From: a virus
Taxonomy: Duplodnaviria > Caudoviricetes
Length of the DNA: 33,319 nucleotides
IMG/VR virus record: IMGVR_UViG_3300010376_000094
Span: 1-33,319 of that record
Direction: 5' to 3' (one strand)
Of this stretch, positions 8,827-17,721 are shown piece by piece. Position numbers and translations under genes: made by a program. How positions within the stretch are numbered: the stretch's first letter is position 1; each line of letters opens with the position of its first letter. A model generated the notes under the pieces. That model searched no databases and was not told where the DNA came from. It saw nothing but the letters and a program-made list of their open reading frames with translations.

Positions 8827-10517
8827 CAGCCGGCCCTCCGCTCGCGCAGTTCCTTCACCTCAGTCGACAGTTCCTGCACTGCCCGCCACAGGATGGGGAT
8901 CAATTCGGTCGGCCGCAGGCTGCGGATACCGCCGTCGTCAACATAGGCCGCGCAGTCGAGGTGCAATGCATCGAAGCGTGCTTTGATCTCAGTGGCATCG
9001 AAGCCAAGGTGGAACTGCGTCCCCGGCACCGAGACATACTCGGTGGTGTAGCGCGTCTCCTCGACCATGCGCGGCGAGCCGTCCTCGTTGAACAGATACT
9101 CGTATTGCACATGGCCGTCGGTCACCCGCTTCTCGGCGGCATGCACCATCTCGATGCGCTCGGCCGGCACTGGGTCTTTACGCTCCTCCTTCCAGCGGAA
9201 AGCGATCGGGCGCACGGCCCGGACAAAGTCCGTGGCGTTGAAATCAAGTGCGCGGATGTCCGTCTTCAGCGCCGGGTCGGAGGTGTTGACCGTGCCGCTC
9301 GTGGCATAGATCGTGTTCCACCGGTTGGTCGACAGACCGCACGTCTTGGCGTTGTCAGCGAGCGGGTAGACATAGCCGCCGGCGAACGAGCCGGACTGAA
9401 AGATTTCTGCCACGGCGGCGCCGCTGTCGTCATCACAGACGAACATCACGTTGGTGGGGTTCGCCGTGCCGCGCACCTGACACGCCAGCGGGATGTGGTT
9501 GGTCGATGCCCGGAAATACCCGCCGGCCGTCATGGTGTCGGCGGATGTCGCATCGACCATCACGCCGTAATCGGAACAGGACCCCGGCCACGTGTAGAAG
9601 CCGCGCTGGAAGTTCACCGCGCTGCTGGTGCCGATCACCTGCGCGCCGACGGTGGAGCGGTGGGTGCCGTTGGCCACCAGTTGCAGACCGATGGCGAGGT
9701 TGTAGGACGTGCCAAAACTCTGCCCCGGCGGAAACGGTGTGGTGCTGTCGGCGCTGCTGTTGTTGGCCGCGTCCAGCTCGTTCACCACGGTGCCGGTGGT
9801 CGTCAACGTATTCCAGGAGAACAGTCCGAACCCCTGCGAACCGGCCCGGCCAAGCTGGCACGAGCCGTTCCAAGCCGTGGCATAGGTATAGCCGGTCATG
9901 GCCCGCGAGCTGACCGTCTGGGCTGACCCGTTGATGGTGTAGACACCGACGCCGCCCGTGGTGCCGGAGGTCTGCGCGGTGATCATCGCCAGGGTGACGC
10001 CGGAACCAGTGATGTAAATGGACGGCCCCAGGTTGGTGCCGGCCGAGATCGCTGAGACGGTCAGTGTGTTGCCGGCGATCGAGCCGGTGAAAGCCCCGCC
10101 GCTGCCGGTGTCGGTCAGCGTGACATTGCCGCCCGACCAGTTGCCGATGCCGATCGCCGCTGAGAGGGACTGTCCCGCAGAGGCGCCGTGCAGGATGATC
10201 CGCATCGCGTCCATGTTGTTCGGCGTGGTGTTGCCGATCGGCGGCGGTGAGGCGAGATCAACGCCACCGCTGTGGCTGTCTACGTAGCTCTTGGTGGCGG
10301 CCTGCATGCTGCTGGTGGGGTCGGCCGGCAGCGTCACAGGGCCCGAGAGGTTCCCTCCGGTCAGTTGTAGATACCGCCCGTCGTGGGCCGCCGTGAGGCT
10401 GCTGAAGGGCGCCGAATAGGCGGTGGTGCTGCCCTGGCGCGCCAGCGGGAAGCGGTCGGTGGTCTGCAGCGCGCCGGGATCAGACGCCTGGCTGATCTTG
10501 AGAACGGTTTCGCTCAT
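8826..10517 (-). CDS. Second tail fibre/spike with S74-like chaperone domain
   Basis: TSDPALKTDI...RPIAFRWK...HLGFDA...LWRAVQEL; LPADPTSSMQAATKSYVD motif. Confidence 0.85.
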   Translation of the reverse strand: MSETVLKISQASDPGALQTTDRFPLARQGSTTAYSAPFSSLTAAHDGRYLQLTGGNLSGPVTLPADPTSSMQAATKSYVDSHSGGVDLASPPPIGNTTPNNMDAMRIILHGASAGQSLSAAIGIGNWSGGNVTLTDTGSGGAFTGSIAGNTLTVSAISAGTNLGPSIYITGSGVTLAMITAQTSGTTGGVGVYTINGSAQTVSSRAMTGYTYATAWNGSCQLGRAGSQGFGLFSWNTLTTTGTVVNELDAANNSSADSTTPFPPGQSFGTSYNLAIGLQLVANGTHRSTVGAQVIGTSSAVNFQRGFYTWPGSCSDYGVMVDATSADTMTAGGYFRASTNHIPLACQVRGTANPTNVMFVCDDDSGAAVAEIFQSGSFAGGYVYPLADNAKTCGLSTNRWNTIYATSGTVNTSDPALKTDIRALDFNATDFVRAVRPIAFRWKEERKDPVPAERIEMVHAAEKRVTDGHVQYEYLFNEDGSPRMVEETRYTTEYVSVPGTQFHLGFDATEIKARFDALHLDCAAYVDDGGIRSLRPTELIPILWRAVQELSTEVKELRERRAG

Positions 10518-10975
10518 CAGGGACCTACGTGGATATTGCCGGAGGAGAGCCAGGGCTGGCCGCCGCCGGGGTTGGTGGTCGGCAGCCCGGAGAGATCAAG
10601 CGATGCCCAGTGTGTGGCCGTGTCGCCGGCCTGCCGGGCCGTGGTCTCAGTGTTCAGCGCGTTCTGCAGGTTGGTGTCCGCATTCGTCCGCGCGGTCGTC
10701 TCCGCGGCGAGCTGCGCGGACTGGCTGGCATCGGCGCGCACCCGTGCTGTTGTCTCGTCGGCGAGATCCTGCGCCTGCGAGGCGTCGGCGGCCTGCCGCA
10801 GCGCGCTCTCGGTTGCCAGATCCAGCGGCGGCCCGAGTGCGGCCCCCGTGCGGTCGAACAGCAGTATGAAGAACCGGCGCCATTCCGGGTTGACCTCGCC
10901 GCTCTGCGGATCGACCAGCGGCGACGATGGCACCGCGGCGCGGAAAGGACGGGTGGTGGTGGTTGTGACGCTCAG
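10517..10975 (-). CDS. Coiled-coil tail needle-like protein (P22 gp26-like position)
   Basis: PLVDP..G.VNPEWRRFF N-terminus then repeated ETTAR..AD units; start inferred at CTG 10975 (alternative GTG 10933). Confidence 0.65.
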   Translation of the reverse strand: MSVTTTTTRPFRAAVPSSPLVDPQSGEVNPEWRRFFILLFDRTGAALGPPLDLATESALRQAADASQAQDLADETTARVRADASQSAQLAAETTARTNADTNLQNALNTETTARQAGDTATHWASLDLSGLPTTNPGGGQPWLSSGNIHVGP

Positions 10976-11652
10976 AGGAGTTTTCCTAGTTGCCTAGCCC
11001 ACACGAGAGGGTCTTTTGCCCATTTCCGATGATTGCAATCGGCACACGTAAGCTGGATGTTTGTGATCCAGTTCGATCCGCCGCGGCTGAGTGGAACTAT
11101 GTGATCCACGTGGTAGCCGATTTTAAGAGACGCACCGCAGTATGCGCATCTCGTCTTTTGCTGCTTGAGCAAGGCTCTAATCTCAGCACCGCTGTGATGG
11201 CCTTCTGCGCCTTTTTGCCGCGCGACCCGCCGCCTGCTGTTGGCCAGAACATGCTCAGGATTTGCGTCGGCCCAGCTTTTGTAGCTGGCTTTAAACTTCT
11301 CAGGATCGGCCTTCCGTTCAGCGGCCTTCTGTATCGCCCTAGCCTCTCGGTTGCGGTCATACCAAGCCTTGAACCAAGCCTTCTTTTTCTCTGGGTTAGC
11401 TGCGTCATAGGCTTGTCCATATGCGCGGCGCTCTTCTCTGTTGGCCCAATAGTATGACTTTGAGTAGGCCCTGGCAGTTTCACGGTGCTTGGGACGATCC
11501 GCAACTTTGTGCAGTTGCTGGCATTCGGCACACTGCCCGGTGCTGACATATCGCTCCGATATGTGTCCTCGTTTACAGGGCTCTCCGGTGAAATACCGAG
11601 TGGCACCGGCTTGCCTAGCCTCCTCACGAGAGACATGCTTTCGGTCAGCCAT
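10972..11652 (-). CDS. Free-standing HNH homing endonuclease
   Basis: RYFTGEPCKRGH..ERYVSTGQCAEC N-domain; CAYC...HVDHIVPLSRGGSNWITNIQLTCADCNHRK HNH motif; lower GC than flanks. Confidence 0.92.
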   Translation of the reverse strand: MADRKHVSREEARQAGATRYFTGEPCKRGHISERYVSTGQCAECQQLHKVADRPKHRETARAYSKSYYWANREERRAYGQAYDAANPEKKKAWFKAWYDRNREARAIQKAAERKADPEKFKASYKSWADANPEHVLANSRRRVARQKGAEGHHSGAEIRALLKQQKTRCAYCGASLKIGYHVDHIVPLSRGGSNWITNIQLTCADCNHRKWAKDPLVWARQLGKLL

Positions 11653-11653
11653 T

Positions 11654-11716
11654 GCGAATGCTCCCAACGTTCGCTGTGGTCAGGAGCGGCGTGGTGCGCA
11701 AACACCGCGCCGCTCC
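11654..11716 (-). promoter_or_regulatory. Two hairpins in the HNH leader, one occluding the RBS
   Basis: GGAGCGGCG...CGCCGCTCC inverted repeat (11683-11716); GCGAA-CGTT-GGG-AGCA-TTCGC (11654-11674) contains GGGAG and ends 1 nt before the ATG. Confidence 0.6.
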
Positions 11717-11718
11717 GC

Positions 11719-14103
11719 TTAGGTTTTAGCAGATGCGTCGAACTCAATCCACGCACCTTGTAATGCGGTAGGGGTTGGCGAGGTCCAGGACACTCTAAAT
11801 ACGCGATCTCTTGCGTACCCAAGTCTTTGAAATTGAATGTTAGTCAGATACTCGCCCTTGCCGCCAAACGAATTGCCCACCGGATTGCCGAATGTGTGGC
11901 CGCGGTCGTCCGACCAATCGAGATACAGCTGGTTCGGATTGGCGATCGTGCTCACAAACACATCGTCCATGCCGAGCAATTCCGGCTTGGGTGTATCGAA
12001 CCATTTCCAGGCACCCGTGCCGTCCTCGGTGCGCCACTCGAAGACGTCGTCCTCGAGCCCCACTTTTGTCGGCCCCCAGGTCGAGCCGCCGCTGCTCTGC
12101 TCCCAGCCCGCCGTCAGGCCGTTCTCCATGCCCCAGACGCCGGAGCCGTCCTCGAGGCCAATGACCATCTGCTCGCCGCCCGACCAGTCGCCGCCGACCA
12201 GCACGATGCCGGGGGCGGTGTAGGTCGTGTCGGTGAGAGCAACCGCCTTGCCATCGCGCGCCCATGTGCCGTCCGGCCCGAGAAACAACCCGTCCCAACT
12301 ACGCTGCACGGTGAGACTGATCGCGGCGCCAAACATGCTGAGCGTCAGGAAGTAATTGCCGCGCGGGATGGTGCCGAGTGCCACCTGGCGATACGTGCCG
12401 GTGTTCAGCACCGCCAGGCGCGCGACATACTGATCGCCCTCGGCGAAGAACCGCACGCGATAGCCGGCGGACAGATCGGCCGCGGCGCGCCCGACGATCC
12501 ACAGATCACCGCGGGTCACGACGTGGTCATAGACGGGCGGCGTGACCCGGAAGGCAATGCTGTAATCGGCATTCGGTAGCGTGATGGTGGGCTGATAGAG
12601 ACCGAGCCCGTCATAGCCGACCAGCTGGCCGTTGGCGCCACCCTCGCAGACATCGCAGCAATCAGCAGACAGATCCCAGCAGACCAGCTCGCGGTTGCCG
12701 TAGGTCGGCACGGCGGTGAGCCCGCTGTCCATCGGGTTGAGGTAGTCCTGCAGCCGCGTGCCGTTGGCGGCGCCGAAGGTCCAGCGGGTGAGGTCGCGGA
12801 CCTGTGTCGGCGGTCCGGCGGTGCCGGTCTCGATGTCGGCTATGAACTGCCGGTAATAGACGCGATCACCCTCGTTCAGGATGTGCGGATAGGCGCGCTG
12901 GCGCTTTATGGGAATGCCGAGCTCGTCATAGACGTTGCGGTCGAGCGCGTAGAGATTGCCGTTCTGCCAGTCGCCGACGATGACGTCGTCGTTCACCGGA
13001 TAGGCACAGTTGGCACGGTGACGGTGTTCCGCGCCAAACGCATCGAGCGACACCCATTCGTGCCAGAACTGCGCAGTGATATCGTAGACCCAGGTATGGT
13101 CAGCAGTCGGGAAGGTCAACGCATAGAAGGCGTGACCGGCCATCAGGAAGCAGAAGCCGACGGCATCGCTGATCGTCGGATACCGTGCGATGGCGTCTTC
13201 GATGGCGAAGGTGGAGATGCGGGCATATTTGTAACCGCTGCCTTGCAGGACGACGCCCTGGCCCTGGCGGTCGCGGCTGAGCCAGAACACAGAATTATCA
13301 TAGACGGCGGCGCTGTATTTCGCGACGCAGCCGTGATCGACGAACGTCGATTGCACCTTCTGAAACGTGGACTGGATGTTGGTCTGCGCGCTGCTGAGGC
13401 TGGTATCGAACGTGTAACCCGTGTCCTGCCAAATCTCCGTCGTGCGGTCACCCAGCAGCCAGATTTCACCCCTGGCCACCGCGAGCGTGACCAGCATATC
13501 GCTGAACGTCTCTTTGTCGGCGAAATCCAGGCTGTCAAAGGTCGTGGCCAGCGAGCCGGACCAGTAGAATTGCGGCGTGCTAGGTTTATTAAACACGAGG
13601 TAGGTATCGACAAAGTCGACCTTGTCGGCGCCAGCAAACATGCCGTCCGGATCGTCGGTCGGATTGTAGAGGAGGGCAAAGGCGTCGGTGGCCAGCGTGA
13701 CCTTCCAGCCGCCAGCCGCGCCGCTGCTGCCGTCAACGATGACGAGATCAAGCCCGTTATCCTGCATGGAGACGGGGGTGGTGATGCGGGGTGTGATGGT
13801 GCCGAGGGCGGTCGCCGCCCAGGTGGTGGGATCAAGGCGATAGACGGTATCGCCACCGACCGCGTAGATGCCGCCGGTGGTGACTTGTTTGATGGCACGC
13901 ACCGGTCCTTTGGGTAGTTGACCGACAAGGCGCAGGCCGGGCGTCGGGTAGAGCACATGCGAGGCGGCCTCGCCCGCGCCACCCGAGCCGGTATATTGGT
14001 TGGCAGTAGGGACCGCCTCGGGGAACAGGTTCATGCAGCGCTGCGCCGAGGCGATGACGCTGCGGGCCTGATACGCACCGCCGGTGAGTTGCTGACGCGG
14101 CAT
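11719..14103 (-). CDS. Tail hub / packaged-DNA stabilisation protein (P22 gp10-like) with large insertion
   Basis: GGAYQARS..ASAQRCMNLFPE...LYPTPGL start; TWVYD...WHE; WSDDRGHTFGN...RLGYARDRVFRV end. Confidence 0.85.
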   Translation of the reverse strand: MPRQQLTGGAYQARSVIASAQRCMNLFPEAVPTANQYTGSGGAGEAASHVLYPTPGLRLVGQLPKGPVRAIKQVTTGGIYAVGGDTVYRLDPTTWAATALGTITPRITTPVSMQDNGLDLVIVDGSSGAAGGWKVTLATDAFALLYNPTDDPDGMFAGADKVDFVDTYLVFNKPSTPQFYWSGSLATTFDSLDFADKETFSDMLVTLAVARGEIWLLGDRTTEIWQDTGYTFDTSLSSAQTNIQSTFQKVQSTFVDHGCVAKYSAAVYDNSVFWLSRDRQGQGVVLQGSGYKYARISTFAIEDAIARYPTISDAVGFCFLMAGHAFYALTFPTADHTWVYDITAQFWHEWVSLDAFGAEHRHRANCAYPVNDDVIVGDWQNGNLYALDRNVYDELGIPIKRQRAYPHILNEGDRVYYRQFIADIETGTAGPPTQVRDLTRWTFGAANGTRLQDYLNPMDSGLTAVPTYGNRELVCWDLSADCCDVCEGGANGQLVGYDGLGLYQPTITLPNADYSIAFRVTPPVYDHVVTRGDLWIVGRAAADLSAGYRVRFFAEGDQYVARLAVLNTGTYRQVALGTIPRGNYFLTLSMFGAAISLTVQRSWDGLFLGPDGTWARDGKAVALTDTTYTAPGIVLVGGDWSGGEQMVIGLEDGSGVWGMENGLTAGWEQSSGGSTWGPTKVGLEDDVFEWRTEDGTGAWKWFDTPKPELLGMDDVFVSTIANPNQLYLDWSDDRGHTFGNPVGNSFGGKGEYLTNIQFQRLGYARDRVFRVSWTSPTPTALQGAWIEFDASAKT

Positions 14104-14774
14104 CAGGCCATCACCATCACACGCGCCTGCGCAGCGCCGCCGCTCCCGCCCGCAGTAGGAAAGCCGGCGATGTAGCCTGTCGGCACAGCGCCGTTGAATG
14201 CTGCGCCGCCGAAGTTCGCTGTAAATACGTTGCCTGCAACGCCGGCTTGACCGGCAAGACCGCTGCCGAAGGTAACAAACGGTATGATCGTGCCAGACGG
14301 AGTGCCCTGACCGCCGCCGCTTACGCTATTGGTGGGATCGCCATTAACGGCAGCACCTTCCCACGGACCAGCCGCACCTGTTCGGAACCATATTTTGCGG
14401 TTGGTCACGTCAACCGCGACACCAATAACACCACCGCTTGTAATTACCCCCAGACTGCGGCCCGAATTGCCGGAGGTATTAGTGATGACGCCAGAGCCAG
14501 TATGCCCCACCACCAGGCACATATTACCACCGGAATAACTACCGCTTAGCAGCGCGTAGGTCGAAGATGTATTACCGATGCCGATGCCAACACCAGCGCC
14601 GCCAGTGAATGTCGTCAGTGTGACCTCGAAGTAGAACTTGCCGCTCGTCTGGCCGTCCGTGAAGACGACATGCGCGCCCTGGTTGGTGGATGTCGTGCCG
14701 GTGTTGGTTGCGATGAGATTGCCGCCGGAGAGGGTGACGGCGGCAACGGTTGCTGGGTCCCAGACGCTCGACAT
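14103..14774 (-). CDS. SPRY/ConA-like beta-sandwich virion protein
   Basis: WDP....VTLSGGNLIAT...TSGKFYFEV...VIGVAVDVTNRKIWF...NGDP is SPRY-like; ATG 14774 overlaps the upstream TGA. Confidence 0.7.
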   Translation of the reverse strand: MSSVWDPATVAAVTLSGGNLIATNTGTTSTNQGAHVVFTDGQTSGKFYFEVTLTTFTGGAGVGIGIGNTSSTYALLSGSYSGGNMCLVVGHTGSGVITNTSGNSGRSLGVITSGGVIGVAVDVTNRKIWFRTGAAGPWEGAAVNGDPTNSVSGGGQGTPSGTIIPFVTFGSGLAGQAGVAGNVFTANFGGAAFNGAVPTGYIAGFPTAGGSGGAAQARVMVMA

Positions 14775-16960
14775 CAGACGCGTGCCGCTAACAGGGTAAT
14801 CCCTAAATCGCTCAGCGTCGCATCCTGGCTGCCTGGCGCTACTATCTGCAACGTGTCGCCCACACCAAGCGTCCCGCCGCTCCCGCTTAGCGTGCAACTG
14901 GTGTTGCTGGCCGTGGTGATCACCACCGTGCCGAGTGCGGTAGTCGAGCCGCCGCTGACCTTGTTTACCGTGAATGTCGCCGAGGCCGTCGCCTTCGTCG
15001 TGTCGTAGACCACGCTGCCCGCGAGGTTGGCCGGCAGCGTCACACTCCACGGCATTGGCACGTTGACCTGCTGGCTCGCCGCCGGCTTACCCACGAAGGG
15101 GAAGGACAATGGCACTTGCTGCACTTCGGTCGGCAACTGCGCGTAGCCAATCGTATGGTTATCCACGTATTGCTTCGTGGCCGCCTGTAGGGCGCTGGTT
15201 GGGTCGGCGGCCAGAATGACCGGACCACCGGACGGGTTCAGCGCCAGCGTGGAGCGCTGCGTCCAGGTGACGTTCACCGTGGCCGCGCCGTTGCCGCTGC
15301 CGCCCGTGGTGCTGATCGGGTTGGTGGGCGTGGCTCCGAACACATAAGGCTCGCGCCCGGCGATGTAGTTCGCCGCTGTGACGTTGCCGCCACCACCGAC
15401 GGCGGTCACCTGGATGATGCCGCCGTAGCCGTCATAGAGTTGATCGTTGACCTGATACTGCGCGCCGCCGGCGGCGACGCCGCTGACCGCCCCGCTGTAG
15501 CCCAGGCTGTCGATAACCAGCCCGTTCGCGCCCTCGCTGAGCCGACCCGCGCCCACCGTGACCTGCGCGTTGCCGATCACCACGCCGGTCGAGCGCATGG
15601 CGGCGGTGCTGAAGTTGACGTTCCAGAAGTCGATGCCGCCGACGGCGGCCTGCGGCAGGCGCGCGGTGCCGTTGGGGTTGTTATTCGTCTGCGGCGCGGT
15701 GCTGACAACCCACGCAACCGCACGATCGAGCGGCCACATACAGTCTGGCCGGCCAAGCAGCAGCGCGGTTCGCATACCGACCCCGTTTGGGGCGCCCGCG
15801 TGCGAGGATGACTGCGCCATCGTGACGTAGCTCTCGGCGCCGGTCGCGTGGCTGCTGTCCTCGTTGTAGTAGAGCAGCCCGGCTATGTTCATGCCGCCGA
15901 CGCCGTTGGCGCCGTTATAGCGCGAGATCGCCAGCTCGCTCGCCGCGACATACGCCCAGTTCCTGGCGCCGGCGCCAAGGTTGACCTGGCCTGATACGGC
16001 CACCGCGTTGCCGAACGATCCGGCACCCGGCTGGTATTCCAGATCGAGATATGACCAGAGCGGGTTGACGAAAAACGAGCCCGACGTGTCGGCGGTGGCC
16101 GAGGTCTGCGTCATGTTGACGCGCAACCCCTGCTGGCTGCCTAGCGTGCCGCCGAAGTTCTGCTGCACCGCGACTTGCCAGAACCCCATGCTTATCCCGG
16201 TGGCGTCGGTCGCGTTGTTCGGCAGGTTAAAGAGCGCCTGCTGGAACGGCCCGCTGCCGGTCGGCTTGCCGGTGTAGCTGGAGTTGATGTTGACGATGTT
16301 GGGGACGGCGGCGGCGTAGCTGTTGCCCGGCGTCCGATAGAAGTTCGCCTGCAGCCGGTTGGCCACGTTGACCAGGTTGCCGGTCGCGCCGTCGTTGGCG
16401 TTGCCGCCGGTGCCGAGCGTGATCTGCATCGGCACGCCGAGCGGATCGGTGCCCGTGCCGCCAAGGTTCAGCGCGTTGCCCGAGACTGATGGTGGTGCGA
16501 CGACGAGGTTGTTGGCTGAGCGGATGACCGCTGGATTGGTGCTGGCCGCACCCGGCGTCAGTGCCAGCGTGTTGGAGCCCGCGCCGGTGCTCAGCGTGCC
16601 GCCGGTGAGCGGTAGATAATTGCCGCCGGCACCGCTGGTAGAAGTGAGCACGCCGCCTGATAGCATCAGCCCGGAGCCGATGCTGTTCACGGTGCCGGCG
16701 TTCCATTGCAGCACGGTGTCCAGCATACCGCCGGAGAGCGTCAGGCGGGCGCTGAGCGTGGTCACCATGCCGGCGGACCATTGCTGCGTCCCCGACGGGC
16801 CAGCCGGCCCAGCGGGCCCCTGGGCGCCGGGAGCACCCTGGTTGGCCGCAATGGCCTCGTTCAACGCCTCGGCATAGAGCACGTCGCCGGCCTTCCAGGG
16901 ATAGACCGGCATCTCCGTGCCGTCCGGCAGGGTGACCGTGCCGCGCAGCGTTACACTCAT
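14774..16960 (-). CDS. Tail fibre/spike-like structural protein
   Basis: True start MSVTLRG at 16960; [18 protein letters not shown] anchor; short collagen-like G-X-Y run; YLPLTGGTL and [18 protein letters not shown] motifs. Confidence 0.75.
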   Translation of the reverse strand: MSVTLRGTVTLPDGTEMPVYPWKAGDVLYAEALNEAIAANQGAPGAQGPAGPAGPSGTQQWSAGMVTTLSARLTLSGGMLDTVLQWNAGTVNSIGSGLMLSGGVLTSTSGAGGNYLPLTGGTLSTGAGSNTLALTPGAASTNPAVIRSANNLVVAPPSVSGNALNLGGTGTDPLGVPMQITLGTGGNANDGATGNLVNVANRLQANFYRTPGNSYAAAVPNIVNINSSYTGKPTGSGPFQQALFNLPNNATDATGISMGFWQVAVQQNFGGTLGSQQGLRVNMTQTSATADTSGSFFVNPLWSYLDLEYQPGAGSFGNAVAVSGQVNLGAGARNWAYVAASELAISRYNGANGVGGMNIAGLLYYNEDSSHATGAESYVTMAQSSSHAGAPNGVGMRTALLLGRPDCMWPLDRAVAWVVSTAPQTNNNPNGTARLPQAAVGGIDFWNVNFSTAAMRSTGVVIGNAQVTVGAGRLSEGANGLVIDSLGYSGAVSGVAAGGAQYQVNDQLYDGYGGIIQVTAVGGGGNVTAANYIAGREPYVFGATPTNPISTTGGSGNGAATVNVTWTQRSTLALNPSGGPVILAADPTSALQAATKQYVDNHTIGYAQLPTEVQQVPLSFPFVGKPAASQQVNVPMPWSVTLPANLAGSVVYDTTKATASATFTVNKVSGGSTTALGTVVITTASNTSCTLSGSGGTLGVGDTLQIVAPGSQDATLSDLGITLLAARV

Positions 16961-17721
16961 CCGAGGACGGCCCCTTCGCTGAGGGTGAAGGCCCGACCGA
17001 GGCCGCGGCCGATCAGGCTGAGATCGCCCCACATGCGCCCGAGCGGCGCCGGCATGGCGAGCTGCGGGATCTGCGTGTTGGCCATCCGCAGCGTCTCCAT
17101 CGCTTCCTTCATCGCCGCGACATGACCGGGATTGGCCGGCAGGCCGTAGGAGAGCTGCAACCGCACCGCGAGCGACCAGATCATGGCCGGGTAGTATTCC
17201 GGCGGAACACCCAGAGGATCGGTCAGCGCCACATAGGTAGGCAGCGGCATCTTCACGGTGAGGTAGAGGCCATACATATTGGCCGGCGGCACTGGCCACC
17301 AGTAGACACGCCCTGTGGGCCAGCCGCTGTCGTAGAATACGACGCTTGGGATGGTCTCCAACGTCTTGACGCTGATCGCCGCGTAATCTTCCCGGCTCTG
17401 CAGTATCTCCACCGGTATATCCACGAGGTTGGGTGGCACGCCGGGGATGATGCGGATGTAGGCCGCGGCTATATGATCAGGTCGCGACACATCGAAGTCA
17501 CAGCCCAGGCCGATCGTGTAGAATTGCGCACCGGTGCTGGCCGGCACGCTGACCTCCTGCTGCACATAGACGAGCCAGCGTTTCTTCTGCCATTCCGCCA
17601 CGATCATGCGCAGCCAGTCGAGCGCGGTGTTGTTGTCGTCGTCCTGCGGCGTCTGCCCGACACCGACGATGCCTGACACGCGCAGCGAGAAGTCGATCAG
17701 GTCACCGGTGGTGCTGATCAT
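16957..17721 (-). CDS. Head-to-tail adaptor (P22 gp4-like)
   Basis: [25 protein letters not shown]...[12 protein letters not shown]...YWWPVP...[14 protein letters not shown]; syntenic between capsid and gp10. Confidence 0.8.
   Translation of the reverse strand: MISTTGDLIDFSLRVSGIVGVGQTPQDDDNNTALDWLRMIVAEWQKKRWLVYVQQEVSVPASTGAQFYTIGLGCDFDVSRPDHIAAAYIRIIPGVPPNLVDIPVEILQSREDYAAISVKTLETIPSVVFYDSGWPTGRVYWWPVPPANMYGLYLTVKMPLPTYVALTDPLGVPPEYYPAMIWSLAVRLQLSYGLPANPGHVAAMKEAMETLRMANTQIPQLAMPAPLGRMWGDLSLIGRGLGRAFTLSEGAVLG

Noticed and set aside
11945-12810. Intein in the gp10-like protein
   Set aside because: No C/S-start block, no terminal His-Asn followed by C/S/T, and no LAGLIDADG motifs seen
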